Shown here: piece by piece, positions 25,625-38,610 of the stretch | Position numbering within the stretch: the stretch's first letter is position 1 | Layout: the number at the start of each line of letters is the position of its first letter | NCBI GenBank assembly: GCA_038209745.1 | Contig: JBBQXJ010000008.1 | Span: 16,298 to 80,297, forward strand | Reading direction: 5' to 3' | DNA from: Verrucomicrobiota bacterium | GTDB lineage: Bacteria; Verrucomicrobiota; Verrucomicrobiia; Limisphaerales; CANJSG01 | Length of the DNA: 64,000 nucleotides | The notes under the pieces: generated by a model | Told to the model about the DNA's origin: nothing | What the model saw: only the letters and a program-made list of their open reading frames with translations | The model's database searches: none | Program-made: the position numbers and the translations under genes

Positions 25625-25753
25625 GTGGCGCGCAGACTAGGAGCGCCGCGAGGAGAGAATCCAGTCCGATGCGTCCGACAACCCCTCGATCAATTCCACT
25701 CGATCCCGCGACCGGTTGCGCCATGAGCCGGCGCGACCCCGGGGCTCACGCCT

Positions 25754-26557
25754 TCAAACGACGACGTCTTCGGACTTCCGGAAGAACACCCAGCGGACCA
25801 TCAAAAGACCAAAGACACCCGCTGCGGCCACCGGTCCTGCTTCCGGGACCGGAGTGGTTTGAAATTGGCCGAACTGCTGGATCGATTGGCCGCCGTCTCC
25901 CGCCAAAATGTTCAAATGGCCAATCGCGAACGAATCTTGTTCGCTCACCCCCAGCCGGACGTAGGAGATGACAGGCATGTCTGCCTGGATCCCGACGAAA
26001 GCCACATTCCCGTTGGAGCAATAGCAGGCATTGCCCCCCACCGAATAGGAGCCAACCATCACGTCGTTGACGTCGAACGCCTCGATCCAACCGGTATACG
26101 CTCCGTAAGGATCGCTCTGGATCCGGGTTCCGACCGCGAGGACAGGAGTGCTGAAAGACACGGTGATCGGCTCGGTGACCGACCGCATGCTGCCCTGCTC
26201 TTCATGCTTCCACAGAAGTTTCTCGCCCGCCGCGAAGCAACCCATCCAGCCCGAGTCCTGGTCTCGCCGATCCAACAATCCCGACGGCGAAGACACCGTG
26301 AGCGAGAGACCGGCTGTAACGGGCAAGGTGAACGACATTGGCAGCGCGTCGTATTCCATTCCAGCTGCGGACCAGTCGACCGTGTCGGACCAAGACACCC
26401 CGCCTTCACTGGTGATGGAAGTCACCAACGGTGCATTCGCCCAAGCTTTGGGCAACTTCATGCCGGGACCAAGAATAGCCAGCCCAACCGTCAACAACGA
26501 AGAAACCCGGGCAACTCTGGTGTTAAGAATGTTGGTGTTTGACTTAGAGGTTTTCAT
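25754..26557 (-). CDS. Secreted protein with a PEP-CTERM-like (VPEAG) sorting signal; start uncertain
   Basis: N-terminal hydrophobic stretch; C-terminus TPVPEAG + hydrophobic helix + RWVFFRK basic tail. Confidence 0.75.
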   Translation of the reverse strand: MKTSKSNTNILNTRVARVSSLLTVGLAILGPGMKLPKAWANAPLVTSITSEGGVSWSDTVDWSAAGMEYDALPMSFTLPVTAGLSLTVSSPSGLLDRRDQDSGWMGCFAAGEKLLWKHEEQGSMRSVTEPITVSFSTPVLAVGTRIQSDPYGAYTGWIEAFDVNDVMVGSYSVGGNACYCSNGNVAFVGIQADMPVISYVRLGVSEQDSFAIGHLNILAGDGGQSIQQFGQFQTTPVPEAGPVAAAGVFGLLMVRWVFFRKSEDVVV

Positions 26558-26782
26558 ATCGCTGCCGAAGTTGTCCCACAACAGGACATCTTGGTCAACA
26601 TGATTTGCTTTATTTCGGGACACTTTTTAAATACAAATCTTCACGCTGTTTTAATTCGTCCTGTTTTTGGTTTTTAAATCGACTGAGATTTTGAAATTCG
26701 AGCCATCTCCTCCCAAATCAAAACCAAAGCTGTATCCCGCTCGCTCTGTTCATTCCGAGGGTTTTCCGCTAGGTTTCGAGAA

Positions 26783-28183
26783 GTGGTAGACCTCCAACAT
26801 CGCGTTCGCACTTTCTTGGTCCGGCGGCTCAGCCACCTTCCCAACGCGAAGTTGGTCGTCGCCGTTTCTGGGGGGGTGGATTCCATGGCGTTGCTCCATT
26901 TGATCCACTCGGCGCTGCCTCGCCCGGCTCTCGCGATCACGGTTGCCCACTTCAATCACCACCTGCGCGGCCGGGAGAGCGATGCGGATCAAAACGTCGT
27001 GCAACGATCAGCCAAATCGCTGGGCATTTCTTTCAGCACCGGTTTTCCCCAAACAGCCTACCAATCTGGAGGCGGCTCCACCGAGATGTGGGCGCGCCGA
27101 GAGCGGCATTCCTTCCTCGCAGCCACCGCTCGCGCTCTCAACGCTTCCTTCATCGTTACAGCGCATCATGCGGACGATCAGGTCGAGTCGGTGTTTCTTA
27201 GGTTGTTTCGTGGCGAAGCCTCCAGTTTGGGGGGAATGGCCCAAGATGAACCGGCTCCGTTTGACCCTGATCTGACCCTGCTCCGTCCCCTGCTAACGGT
27301 TTCAAAATCGACGCTGGTCGTCTTCGCCCAGACTCGCCGGATCCAATATCGGAACGATCTCTCCAACTTGGATGAATCCTTCAAGCGCAACTGGATCCGC
27401 AACCGGCTGATCCCCAGTATTGTCGACCGCTTCGGTCCCTCTGTGACAACAACCGTGCAACGATGTGCCGAGATCTTGGGAGCAGAATCGGACTATATGG
27501 AGGGCGAGGCGACTGCGTGGCTGGCAACGCCAGAGTCACGACGACCTCACCGTTTCTCCGCGCTACCAACCGCTCTCCAGCGCCGCGTCGTGGTCAAACA
27601 GCTCAAAGATGCCTCGTTGGTTCCAGATTTTGCCCACATTGAACAGCTCAGGAACAAGCTGGGCGCGACGGTGATGTTGGAAGGCGGCCACTCGGTCCAA
27701 TTGGATCACACGGGGAGACTGGTTCGCCTTATCCAGCGCTCGCCGCTTACCTTCGATCAGCGCACAGTCCAAGTCCTTCTCAATGAGGGCTCTTCTGTCC
27801 AATTCGGCACCGCAACCTTGCACTGGAAGACCACTCCACTAAGCCACCCGATCCGAATACCCCGCTCCAAGACCGGGCGCGAACTCCTCGATGCGGACGC
27901 CATCGGCCCCGGCATCATCCTTCGCCATTGGCAACCTGGCGACCGCTTCCAACCCATCGGCTTGGGCAAGGCCGCCAAGATCCAGAACTTGTTCGTTTCG
28001 GCCAAAATTCCCGCTGATACTCGTCGGAGTCGAATCGTCGCCGCCCGCCCAGATGGGGAGATCTTCTGGGTAGAAGGCCTGCGAATTTCGGAAAATTTCA
28101 AACTCAGTCCCTCAACCCGCCGATACCTTGATTGGCGCTGGCAGCGCGCCAAGCCGATTCTTGCGACCCCCATGGGAGCATGA
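26783..28183 (+). CDS. tilS: tRNA(Ile)-lysidine synthetase
   Basis: VAVSGGVDSMALL PP-loop, AHFNHHLRG, TAHHADDQVE, RPLL, RNWIR; C-terminal RHWQPGDRF. Confidence 0.95.
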   Translation: MVDLQHRVRTFLVRRLSHLPNAKLVVAVSGGVDSMALLHLIHSALPRPALAITVAHFNHHLRGRESDADQNVVQRSAKSLGISFSTGFPQTAYQSGGGSTEMWARRERHSFLAATARALNASFIVTAHHADDQVESVFLRLFRGEASSLGGMAQDEPAPFDPDLTLLRPLLTVSKSTLVVFAQTRRIQYRNDLSNLDESFKRNWIRNRLIPSIVDRFGPSVTTTVQRCAEILGAESDYMEGEATAWLATPESRRPHRFSALPTALQRRVVVKQLKDASLVPDFAHIEQLRNKLGATVMLEGGHSVQLDHTGRLVRLIQRSPLTFDQRTVQVLLNEGSSVQFGTATLHWKTTPLSHPIRIPRSKTGRELLDADAIGPGIILRHWQPGDRFQPIGLGKAAKIQNLFVSAKIPADTRRSRIVAARPDGEIFWVEGLRISENFKLSPSTRRYLDWRWQRAKPILATPMGA

Positions 28184-28210
28184 TAGATTTTGCAAACAAC
28201 TTGATACGAG

Positions 28211-30253
28211 ATGTCTGACAACAACAAAAAATCCGACGACGAGAAAAACGACAAGAGGGGCGGCGATTTTCGTTTCAACTCCCGGACCTTGGCCTTGTGG
28301 ATCGCCATTTTGGGGGCCTTTGCGGTCCTAATGTTCATGAGGAACACCACAGTCGTCCAACCTCAGGAGCTTTCGCTCGTCGAGCTCTTGGAAAAGGTCA
28401 AACAAGACCGGGTGCTCGACGGAAAGATCACTTATAGCCAGCAATCGAACATCCAGACCATTACTGGCAAACTGATCAAGACGGACGCCAAGGGCGATCC
28501 GATCATGGGCAAGGACGGCAAACCCGAAACCACCGACTTCCGCACCCAAGATGTACTCACCGAGAGCTACCGCGACAAATTGATCGCCTCAGGAAAATTT
28601 AAGCCGTTCGAAGCCAGCACTTTTTGGCTCAACTTTGTCTATGGACTTCTCCCGCTCCTGATTGTCGTCGCGCTCATCTACTTCTTCCTCGTTCGCCAGA
28701 TCAAGATGGCCGGCAAGGGCGCCATGAGTTTCGGCAAGAGCAAGGCCCGCATGATGGCCAAGGACAAGAACAAGCTCACCTTCAAGGACGTCGCCGGTGT
28801 CGAGGAAGCGAAGGACGAAGTTTCCGAGCTGGTCGATTTCCTCAAAGATCCCAAGAAATTTCAGAAACTCGGCGGCCGCATTCCCAAAGGCATCTTGATG
28901 ATCGGCCCACCCGGAACCGGCAAAACGCTTCTCGCCAAAGCCATTGCCGGCGAGGCCGATGCCGCATTTTTCAGCATCAGTGGCTCGGACTTCGTGGAGA
29001 TGTTCGTCGGCGTCGGCGCCAGCCGCGTCCGCGACATGTTCGATCAGGCCCGGAAAACCACGCCATGCCTAATCTTCATCGACGAAATCGATGCCGTGGG
29101 TCGCAGCCGGGGTCATGGCTTCGGCGGCGGCAACGACGAACGCGAGCAGACGCTCAACGCGCTGCTGGTCGAGATGGACGGCTTCGACACCCAAGAAGGC
29201 ATCATCATCATTGCGGCCACGAATCGTCCCGACGTCTTGGATCCAGCCCTCCTCCGTCCCGGCCGTTTCGACCGTCAGATCACGGTCAGCCTTCCAGATG
29301 TGCGAGGACGCGAAGCGATTTTGAAAGTTCACGCTAAAAACGTGAAATTGGACCCTATAGCCGACCTTTCCGTCATTGCCCGCGGCACTCCTGGCTATTC
29401 AGGTGCCGATCTCGCCAACCTGCTAAACGAAGCCGCCCTCTTCGCCGCCCGTACCGGCAAAAAGTCGATCTCCATGTCCGATCTCGAGGAAGCGCGCGTC
29501 AAGGTCCGATGGGGTCGTGAACGCCGCAGCTTGGCCATGTCGGACGAGAACAAAAAGCTGACCGCTTGGCACGAAGCCGGACACGCGCTCGTCAACGTGC
29601 TGCTCAAGCACACTCACCCCCTGCACAAGGTTACCATCATTCCGCGCGGCCAATCGCTCGGTTCCACTTGGTCCCTGCCCAAGGAAGATCAGCTGAACTA
29701 CGGTCGCCTCCAGATGCTGGACGAAATCTCGATGGCAATGGCCGGACGCATCGCCGAGGAGATCGTCTCCGGCGATATTTCCACCGGCGCTTCGGGCGAC
29801 ATCCAGATGGCCACCCATCTCGCCCGCAACATGGTTTGCCAGTGGGGAATGAGCGACAAGGTGGGCATGGTCCAGTTCGGCAGCGACAACGACAACGTGT
29901 TCCTGGGCAGGGACTTCGCGACCAAGAAGGATTACAGCGAACAAACCGCCCAAAAGATCGACGAAGAAGTGCGCCGCATCATCACCGAAGCCTATGATCG
30001 TTCGAAAAGCCTCATCGGTTCCCACCGCGACAAGCTGGAGATGATCGCCAACGCGCTCCTCGAATACGAAACCCTCGATGGTTCCCAAGTCGAAGAGATC
30101 ATCAGCACCGGGACGTTCACCCCGCCGGCGCATCATCCCAGAGATGTGGACCCTCCTTCCGGCGCTCAAGCAGTCACAACCGGCAATGAGCCCGTCAAAC
30201 CGGCTCCTCCGATCCTCCCCGGACTGGGAACCCCAAGCCCGGCCCCAGCGTAG
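28211..30253 (+). CDS. ftsH: ATP-dependent zinc metalloprotease FtsH
   Basis: Two TM helices, [39 protein letters not shown]. Confidence 0.98.
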   Translation: MSDNNKKSDDEKNDKRGGDFRFNSRTLALWIAILGAFAVLMFMRNTTVVQPQELSLVELLEKVKQDRVLDGKITYSQQSNIQTITGKLIKTDAKGDPIMGKDGKPETTDFRTQDVLTESYRDKLIASGKFKPFEASTFWLNFVYGLLPLLIVVALIYFFLVRQIKMAGKGAMSFGKSKARMMAKDKNKLTFKDVAGVEEAKDEVSELVDFLKDPKKFQKLGGRIPKGILMIGPPGTGKTLLAKAIAGEADAAFFSISGSDFVEMFVGVGASRVRDMFDQARKTTPCLIFIDEIDAVGRSRGHGFGGGNDEREQTLNALLVEMDGFDTQEGIIIIAATNRPDVLDPALLRPGRFDRQITVSLPDVRGREAILKVHAKNVKLDPIADLSVIARGTPGYSGADLANLLNEAALFAARTGKKSISMSDLEEARVKVRWGRERRSLAMSDENKKLTAWHEAGHALVNVLLKHTHPLHKVTIIPRGQSLGSTWSLPKEDQLNYGRLQMLDEISMAMAGRIAEEIVSGDISTGASGDIQMATHLARNMVCQWGMSDKVGMVQFGSDNDNVFLGRDFATKKDYSEQTAQKIDEEVRRIITEAYDRSKSLIGSHRDKLEMIANALLEYETLDGSQVEEIISTGTFTPPAHHPRDVDPPSGAQAVTTGNEPVKPAPPILPGLGTPSPAPA

Positions 30254-30279
30254 CCGAGAATCGCATTCGCCAGATTCCG

Positions 30280-30318
30280 AACCCCTGCCAGTTATCAATT
30301 GGCGGGGGTTTACTTTTT
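30280..30318 (+). terminator. Intrinsic terminator after ftsH
   Basis: AACCCCTGCCAGTT-ATC-AATTGGCGGGGGTT-TACTTTTT. Confidence 0.75.
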
Positions 30319-30369
30319 AAGGACCGACTCGAGCCCTGACCAGAAGTCGCGTTCCCGGCTCGAGATTCC

Positions 30370-31110
30370 GTCGGCGCCAATGCCTCCAGTTTTTCGTCCA
30401 ATATCTCCAAGAGCCGCCGTACTCGCTGAATCCGACTGTAGGCCACCAGTTGCATCGGCGTGCGTTCCTATTTAGGCAGACATAGCCGCCGTAGATGCTC
30501 CGCGCTGAGATGGGCCCGCTTCGCCAATTCCCCCGACGACCACGCCGCTCCGGACTCGCGCTCAACTTCGTCCCACAGCTTCCAGAGTCGGCGATTGCCC
30601 TGCCACAGGCTCGCCAACCGGGCCGCCGCTCCATGCACCAGACTAAACCAATGATGCACGAACTTCGGATCGCGGGCACCGATGCCTGCGCCCCAGGGAC
30701 CTTCGATCATCCGCGCCAACTCGGTTCCGCCTCCGCTGCCCTTCATCGGGGACATAGCTCCCACAAACGGCTGAATCCATGGCGGCTCGTCGTAGCGCAA
30801 CCAAGCCATCGTGAACGGACTGCCAATTATGTGGCGAAAAACGCGTTCACTACCCGCAGCGGAGCCATGGAGGCCATTCCTTTGGCCACACGCTGCCATC
30901 TTCCATCGATCAAGATGCGATCTTCACCCTGCACACAGGCCAAGAAAAAAACTCCCGCCGGCCGAAGTCGGACCCGCCGATAAGGAGCGCACCCATCGTC
31001 CCGACCGAGCCTGGAAATCCGTTGCGGCGCCAACTCAGGACAATCCGCCAATCCGATTCGCCACCATCGCAAACCTGGACCATCCGCCGTCGACGAGGTC
31101 AGTTCAAAGG
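30370..31110 (-). pseudogene. AraC-family transcriptional regulator pseudogene; boundaries approximate
   Basis: Three pieces: PYRRVRLRPAGVFFLACVQGEDRILIDGRWQRV; frameshift to WLRYDEP...WSSGELAKRAHLSAEHLRRLCLPK; in-frame TAG (30468) then RTPMQLVAYSRIQRVRRLLE...EKLEALA. Second HTH truncated. Confidence 0.75.
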
Positions 31111-31367
31111 GATCTGCGGGCGCACCGCGACGCGATCCGTCGATCGGACCCGATGTCACCGGCTTCCTCTGCCCCGCAGCATTTTTCCTCCTGTCGCCGA
31201 AATCGGAAAAAACAGTTCCTGAACCAAGTCCAACCGAGAACCTGCGATCACATTCTGCGCCTGACTCCCTCGAACCCGGGTCCACCGAACGTTCGCCACC
31301 CATCACAGCCGCAAACTGGATTTGCCGTCCCGCCACTCGGCGGCTTAGTCTCCGTCCAGTTACCCCT

Positions 31368-32219
31368 ATGAAATCCTTGCTGACTGCATTCCTGATCGCC
31401 CTCCCGGCCGCTTTTTACAGCCCCAGTGTGATGGCCGCCACGCCGTCTCCAAAGCCGCTCCGCGCATTGCTGGTCATCGGTGGCGGTTTCCACGACTACG
31501 CGGTTCAAAAGGACATTCTCAAGCAAGGCCTCGAAGCCCGAGCCAATCTGCACGTCGATGTCTGCTATGCTCCGGCTCCCGGCAACGCGACCAAGATGCG
31601 CTTCGACTGCTATACGAACGCCAATTGGGCGGCCGGATATGACGTCATCATCCATGACGAGTGCTCCGCTGACGTGACCGACATTCCCTATATCCAAAAC
31701 ATCCTCAACGCCCACAAGAAGGTGCCCGCCGTGAACCTGCACTGCACGATGCACTGCTACCGGATCGGCAACCCGGGCGACAAGGTCACCGAACTCGGCA
31801 CGCCCCACAGCCAATGGTTCGAATTCATCGGAATCCAATCCAGCGGCCATGGCGCCCAATTGCCGATCAGCATCAACTTCCACGAGCACCCCATCACGAA
31901 AGGCATGACTAATTGGACCACGATCCAGGAGGAGCTCTACAACAACGTGAGAGTGTTCGACACCGCGACGGCCCTCGCCAATGGCCATCAAACGGTCAAA
32001 GGCCGCGACGGCGCCGATCGGGTAGACGACACGGTCGTGGTCTGGGTCAACAACTACCAGGGCGTCCGGGTCTTCAACACCACGCTGGGCCACAACAACG
32101 CCACGGTGGCCGACCCTCGGTATCTCGACCTCGTGACCCGCGGCCTCCTCTGGTCGGTGGACCAACTCGACGCCAACGGCCACGCAAAAACGGGCTACGG
32201 CCCCGTGTCGACCAAGTAG
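31368..32219 (+). CDS. Secreted ThuA-like domain protein
   Basis: Signal peptide; LRALLVIGGGFHDY, VNLHC, HPITKG, EELY, RVFNTTLGH, LVTRGLLW. Confidence 0.88.
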   Translation: MKSLLTAFLIALPAAFYSPSVMAATPSPKPLRALLVIGGGFHDYAVQKDILKQGLEARANLHVDVCYAPAPGNATKMRFDCYTNANWAAGYDVIIHDECSADVTDIPYIQNILNAHKKVPAVNLHCTMHCYRIGNPGDKVTELGTPHSQWFEFIGIQSSGHGAQLPISINFHEHPITKGMTNWTTIQEELYNNVRVFDTATALANGHQTVKGRDGADRVDDTVVVWVNNYQGVRVFNTTLGHNNATVADPRYLDLVTRGLLWSVDQLDANGHAKTGYGPVSTK

Positions 32220-32240
32220 AGTCAAGCCCCAGAGCCTCCG

Positions 32241-32275
32241 CGAAAAACCGCTCCGCTTTCGGGCGGCTTTTTTCG
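32241..32275 (+). terminator. Intrinsic terminator after the ThuA-like gene
   Basis: CGAAAAA-CCGCTCCG-CTTT-CGGGCGG-CTTTTTTCG. Confidence 0.7.
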
Positions 32276-32317
32276 TTCGCGACCATGCGCCATCCGCGAT
32301 CGTGCCAGGAACAAAAG

Positions 32318-32348
32318 TTGACTTTTTAACTCAAATCCTATCTATTAA
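32318..32348 (+). promoter_or_regulatory. Candidate sigma70 promoter for the leader peptide
   Basis: TTGACT followed 17-19 nt later by AT-rich TCTATTAAT; 20 nt upstream of ATG 32369. Confidence 0.5.
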
Positions 32349-32368
32349 TTACCTAAGTGAAACGGACC

Positions 32369-32452
32369 ATGAACAAAGTCTTTACTGGAACATGCCTGCA
32401 TCGCATTGCGATGTGCTGCTGGCGCTCCATGGCTTTGGGCACCGTGGTCTGA
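32369..32452 (+). CDS. Putative 27-aa attenuation leader peptide MNKVFTGTCLHRIAMCCWRSMALGTVV
   Basis: ATG 32369 to TGA 32450-32452, read by hand. The last codons coincide with the antiterminator strand. Confidence 0.65.
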   Translation: MNKVFTGTCLHRIAMCCWRSMALGTVV

Positions 32453-32522
32453 GACAGAATTGAAACAGAATTTGTTTATCAGACCCACGGTTGCGAAAGC
32501 AGCCGTGGGTTTTATGTTTTTT
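32439..32522 (+). promoter_or_regulatory. Transcription attenuator (mutually exclusive antiterminator/terminator)
   Basis: Terminator AGACCCACGGTTGC-GAAA-GCAGCCGTGGGTTT-TATGTTTTTT (32481-32522). ACCGTGGTCTGA (32441-32452) is complementary, with one bulge, to TCAGACCCACGGT (32479-32491). Confidence 0.75.
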
Positions 32523-32588
32523 GTGCATCGCCCGCGCAAATCCGATCACTCCATCAAAAACAAACAACAGACCGACAACACAGACAGT

Positions 32589-32933
32589 ATGACAACCAAA
32601 GACAAGTATCCGCCCATCAAGTATGGAGGGGAAACACGGTTCGGCGTCGAAGCCAGGCCCGTGCCCTTCCGCGCAACGCTGGAAACTGAACTCGACCGGC
32701 TCAAGAACCGGCTCGTTCTGAACTACCTGAGCGAATTCGCGGAGCCCGAGTTCAACCGACTCCTCCGGCAGGCCGCCAATGAAGCCGCTGCGCTCGCTGG
32801 CATCTCGGCCTACCCTCTGCTGTTGCTGCCCTCGCTTCTCGAAGAGAAGGCGCGGGAAGCTCGGCGGCAGGTCGCCCGGCAAAACGTCATCCGCTCCCGC
32901 AGTTCACTCCTCCTTCACGAGGTAGCGGCATGA
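32589..32933 (+). CDS. Hypothetical, mostly helical protein (114 aa) downstream of the attenuator
   Basis: MTTKDKYPPIKYGGETRF...ELDRLKNRL...LRQAANEAAALA...PLLLLPSLLEEKA. ATG follows an A/C-rich leader and codon usage is host-like. Confidence 0.75.
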   Translation: MTTKDKYPPIKYGGETRFGVEARPVPFRATLETELDRLKNRLVLNYLSEFAEPEFNRLLRQAANEAAALAGISAYPLLLLPSLLEEKAREARRQVARQNVIRSRSSLLLHEVAA

Positions 32934-32957
32934 TTATCGACCTCTCCCTCTGTAGCT

Positions 32958-33020
32958 GGACGGGGAACCGTTGACGCCGCCCGCCCGACCGTGTCGGGCC
33001 GCGTCAACGGTTCCCCGTCC
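32958..33020. repeat. Long hairpin: perfect 20-bp stem plus inner 6-bp stem
   Basis: GGACGGGGAACCGTTGACGC ... CCCGAC-CGT-GTCGGG ... GCGTCAACGGTTCCCCGTCC. Confidence 0.85.
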
Positions 33021-33085
33021 TTGCCGCTTCGAGCGACGGACCGATTACGTTTGGCAGACGTTTCCGTTCCAGCCATTTCTCTGGG

Positions 33086-34201
33086 GTGAGCGATCTCCCG
33101 CCCGACATACGACCCAAACGCCGCCACCGTTACTCCGGGAAGAACCCGAGGCGGTTCCATGAGAAATACAAGGAGCTCGATCCGAACCGTTACGCCGACG
33201 ACATCGCCAAAGTTCTGGCCTCCGGTAAAACCCCCGCCGGCACCCACCGCCCGATCATGGTTTCGGAGATCCTTGAAGCGCTCGCACCCAAGCCCGGCGA
33301 GATCGCAGTGGACTGCACCCTCGGTTTCGGCGGGCACTCGACCGAACTTATCCCGGCCCTGCTTCCGGGGGGGAAACTCTTCGGCCTCGACGTAGACCCG
33401 ATCGAACAACCCAAGACCGAGCAACGCCTCCGCGCCGCCGGCTTCGGTCCAGAATCCTTCCAGACCCGCCGGATGAACTTCGCCGGACTGGCCAAGCTGG
33501 TCTCCCAAGAATCGTTGACGGGAGTGGATCTGGTGTTGGCCGATCTCGGAGTCTCCTCCATGCAGATCGACAATCCGGACCGGGGTTTCACCTTCAAAGC
33601 CGACGGCCCCCTCGACCTCCGCCTCAATCCTGAACGGGGCCAATCCGCAGCCTCGCTGCTCGCCAAAATCGACAGCGTCCGCCTCGCCATCCTCCTATCG
33701 GAAAATGCCGACGAACCTCGCGCCCAATTCCTCGCGGACGCCATCTTCGACGCCCAGTCTGGAGCTCCGATCATGCGGACCCAGCAATTGGCTGATGTGA
33801 TTCGGTCGGCTTTGGCCGGCCCGGGCAGGGATCCGGCAAAGATCGAGACCAGCGACACCCTGCGCCGCGTCTTCCAAGCGCTTCGCATCGCGGTCAACGA
33901 CGAGTTCGGCGCGCTCGATTCTCTGCTCCGCGTCCTGCCGAACTGCCTGAATCCGGGAGGCAGGGTGGCTATATTGAGCTTCCATTCCGGCGAGGATCGG
34001 CGCGTGAAAAAGGCGTTTCAAAACGGCCTCCATGATGGCGTCTATTCCAGAGTATCCACGGATGTCATCCGACCCGGACCGGAAGAAATTCGCGCCAATC
34101 CACGCTCTTCGTCAGCAAAACTCCGCTGGGCCGTGCGCGCGAAACCAATTGGCGCGACCAAACGTCCCACAACCGGACAGCCTCTCGTGCGCTATCGTTA
34201 A
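33086..34201 (+). CDS. rsmH: 16S rRNA m4C1402 methyltransferase RsmH (long N-terminal form)
   Basis: HRPIM, DCTLGFGGHS, LADLGVSSMQID, RGFTF, FQALRIAVNDE, SFHSGEDR, NPRSSSAKLR. Confidence 0.93.
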   Translation: MSDLPPDIRPKRRHRYSGKNPRRFHEKYKELDPNRYADDIAKVLASGKTPAGTHRPIMVSEILEALAPKPGEIAVDCTLGFGGHSTELIPALLPGGKLFGLDVDPIEQPKTEQRLRAAGFGPESFQTRRMNFAGLAKLVSQESLTGVDLVLADLGVSSMQIDNPDRGFTFKADGPLDLRLNPERGQSAASLLAKIDSVRLAILLSENADEPRAQFLADAIFDAQSGAPIMRTQQLADVIRSALAGPGRDPAKIETSDTLRRVFQALRIAVNDEFGALDSLLRVLPNCLNPGGRVAILSFHSGEDRRVKKAFQNGLHDGVYSRVSTDVIRPGPEEIRANPRSSSAKLRWAVRAKPIGATKRPTTGQPLVRYR

Positions 34202-34518
34202 TCCCATCCATTGACAGCAGAACCCTACTCCAGATGGGCAGATCCCGCGCGATTGTGCCCTTGTCGAAGATGTTCCGTTTTTGGAATCGGATAACCACCC
34301 CTTTCTCAACCGTTTGGCGGTGCCTCAGTCTCTAATACTTGCACCATCCCCTTGGAGCAGAAGGCAGGTCTTTGGTAAGTTGAATCACATTTTGCGGGGA
34401 ATGGATTCGTCCGTTTCCGGCAGGACTCAGGGTCAGCGGAGAGTCGGAGCGGAGTTCGCGCCGTCCATTTCTGCAGATGAATTGGATCCTGAACTTTGCG
34501 GCGCATCGTCGCCGAACC

Positions 34519-37314
<2,796 letters not shown>

Positions 37315-37352
37315 AGCCTCCCATCTCCAACTCCCCCAATAAACACTCTCAA

Positions 37353-38597
37353 ATGGCCATTGAATTGAAGGTGCCCGCCGTGGGCGAATCGATCAGCGAA
37401 GTTGAAATCGGATCCTGGCTCAAGACCGAGGGCCAAGCCGTCAAAGAAGGCGAAACCCTCGTTGTCATCGAGACCGAAAAGGCGACCGTCGATCTTCCCT
37501 CACCCGCCTCCGGCGTGCTCGGCAGGATCCTCAAACCCCAGGGCAGCGTCGCCGCCGTGGGCGAACTCATCGGCAGCATCGAAGCCGGCGTCGCCCCTTC
37601 CGAAAGCCCCGCCGCTTTCTCGTCAAACGCTGTCGCAAAACCTCCTCCGGCAGAATCCTCCCAGCAGATTCCAGCGCATGATGGATCCAGGATCATGCCG
37701 GCCGCCGAGCGAGTTTTGGCCGAGTCGAATCTTGCAGCTGCCGGGATCGTCGGCAGCGGCCCCGGCGGACGAGTTCTCAAGGAAGACGCCGTCAAAGCGG
37801 TCGAAGCCAAGAAGGCTCCACCCCAGCCCCCGTCATCCTTTCCCGCAAATCCTTCGGCTCCCGTTCCGCCCAATGCGGTCTCGGGCAGCGGGGAGTTCCG
37901 CCAGGAACAAGCGGTCCGCATGTCCAAGCTGCGCCGCACCGTCGCGAGCCGGCTCGTGTCGGCCCAGCACCAGGCCGCCCTGCTCACCACCTTCAACGAG
38001 GCTGACATGTCCGCCATCATGGCCTTCCGCAAGGAGCACGGCGAAGCCTTCCTCAAGCGCCACGGCACCAAGCTTGGTTTCATGTCCTTCTTCGTGAAGG
38101 CCGTCATCGACGGGCTCAAGCTCGTGCCCCAGCTCAACGCCGAGATCCGAGGCGACGACGTCGTCTACAAGAACTTCCAGGACATCGGCGTCGCCATCGG
38201 CGGCGGCAAGGGCCTCGTCGTTCCCGTCATCCGCAACGCCGAACGGCTCAGCTTCGGCGAGATCGAGAAGGCGATCCTCGACTTCGGGACGAGGGCCAGG
38301 GAAGGCAAGATCATGCCCGACGAGCTGGAAGGCGGCACCTTCACCATCAGCAACGGCGGAGTCTACGGATCGATGCTCTCGACCCCCATCGTCAACCCGC
38401 CGCAATCCGGCGTGCTCGGCATGCACAACATCGTGGAGCGCCCCGTCGCGCTGAACGGCCAAGTCGTCATTCGCCCGATCATGTATGTCGCGCTGACCTA
38501 CGACCATCGTGTCGTGGACGGCAAGGAAGCGGTCACGTTCCTGAAGCGAGTGAAGGACTGCGTGGAGAATCCGGCGCGGATGCTGTTGGAAGTGTAG
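37353..38597 (+). CDS. sucB: Dihydrolipoamide succinyltransferase E2
   Basis: [16 protein letters not shown], lipoyl IETEKA, E3-binding [30 protein letters not shown]. Confidence 0.97.
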   Translation: MAIELKVPAVGESISEVEIGSWLKTEGQAVKEGETLVVIETEKATVDLPSPASGVLGRILKPQGSVAAVGELIGSIEAGVAPSESPAAFSSNAVAKPPPAESSQQIPAHDGSRIMPAAERVLAESNLAAAGIVGSGPGGRVLKEDAVKAVEAKKAPPQPPSSFPANPSAPVPPNAVSGSGEFRQEQAVRMSKLRRTVASRLVSAQHQAALLTTFNEADMSAIMAFRKEHGEAFLKRHGTKLGFMSFFVKAVIDGLKLVPQLNAEIRGDDVVYKNFQDIGVAIGGGKGLVVPVIRNAERLSFGEIEKAILDFGTRAREGKIMPDELEGGTFTISNGGVYGSMLSTPIVNPPQSGVLGMHNIVERPVALNGQVVIRPIMYVALTYDHRVVDGKEAVTFLKRVKDCVENPARMLLEV

Positions 38598-38610
38598 GCG
38601 ATACCCCACA

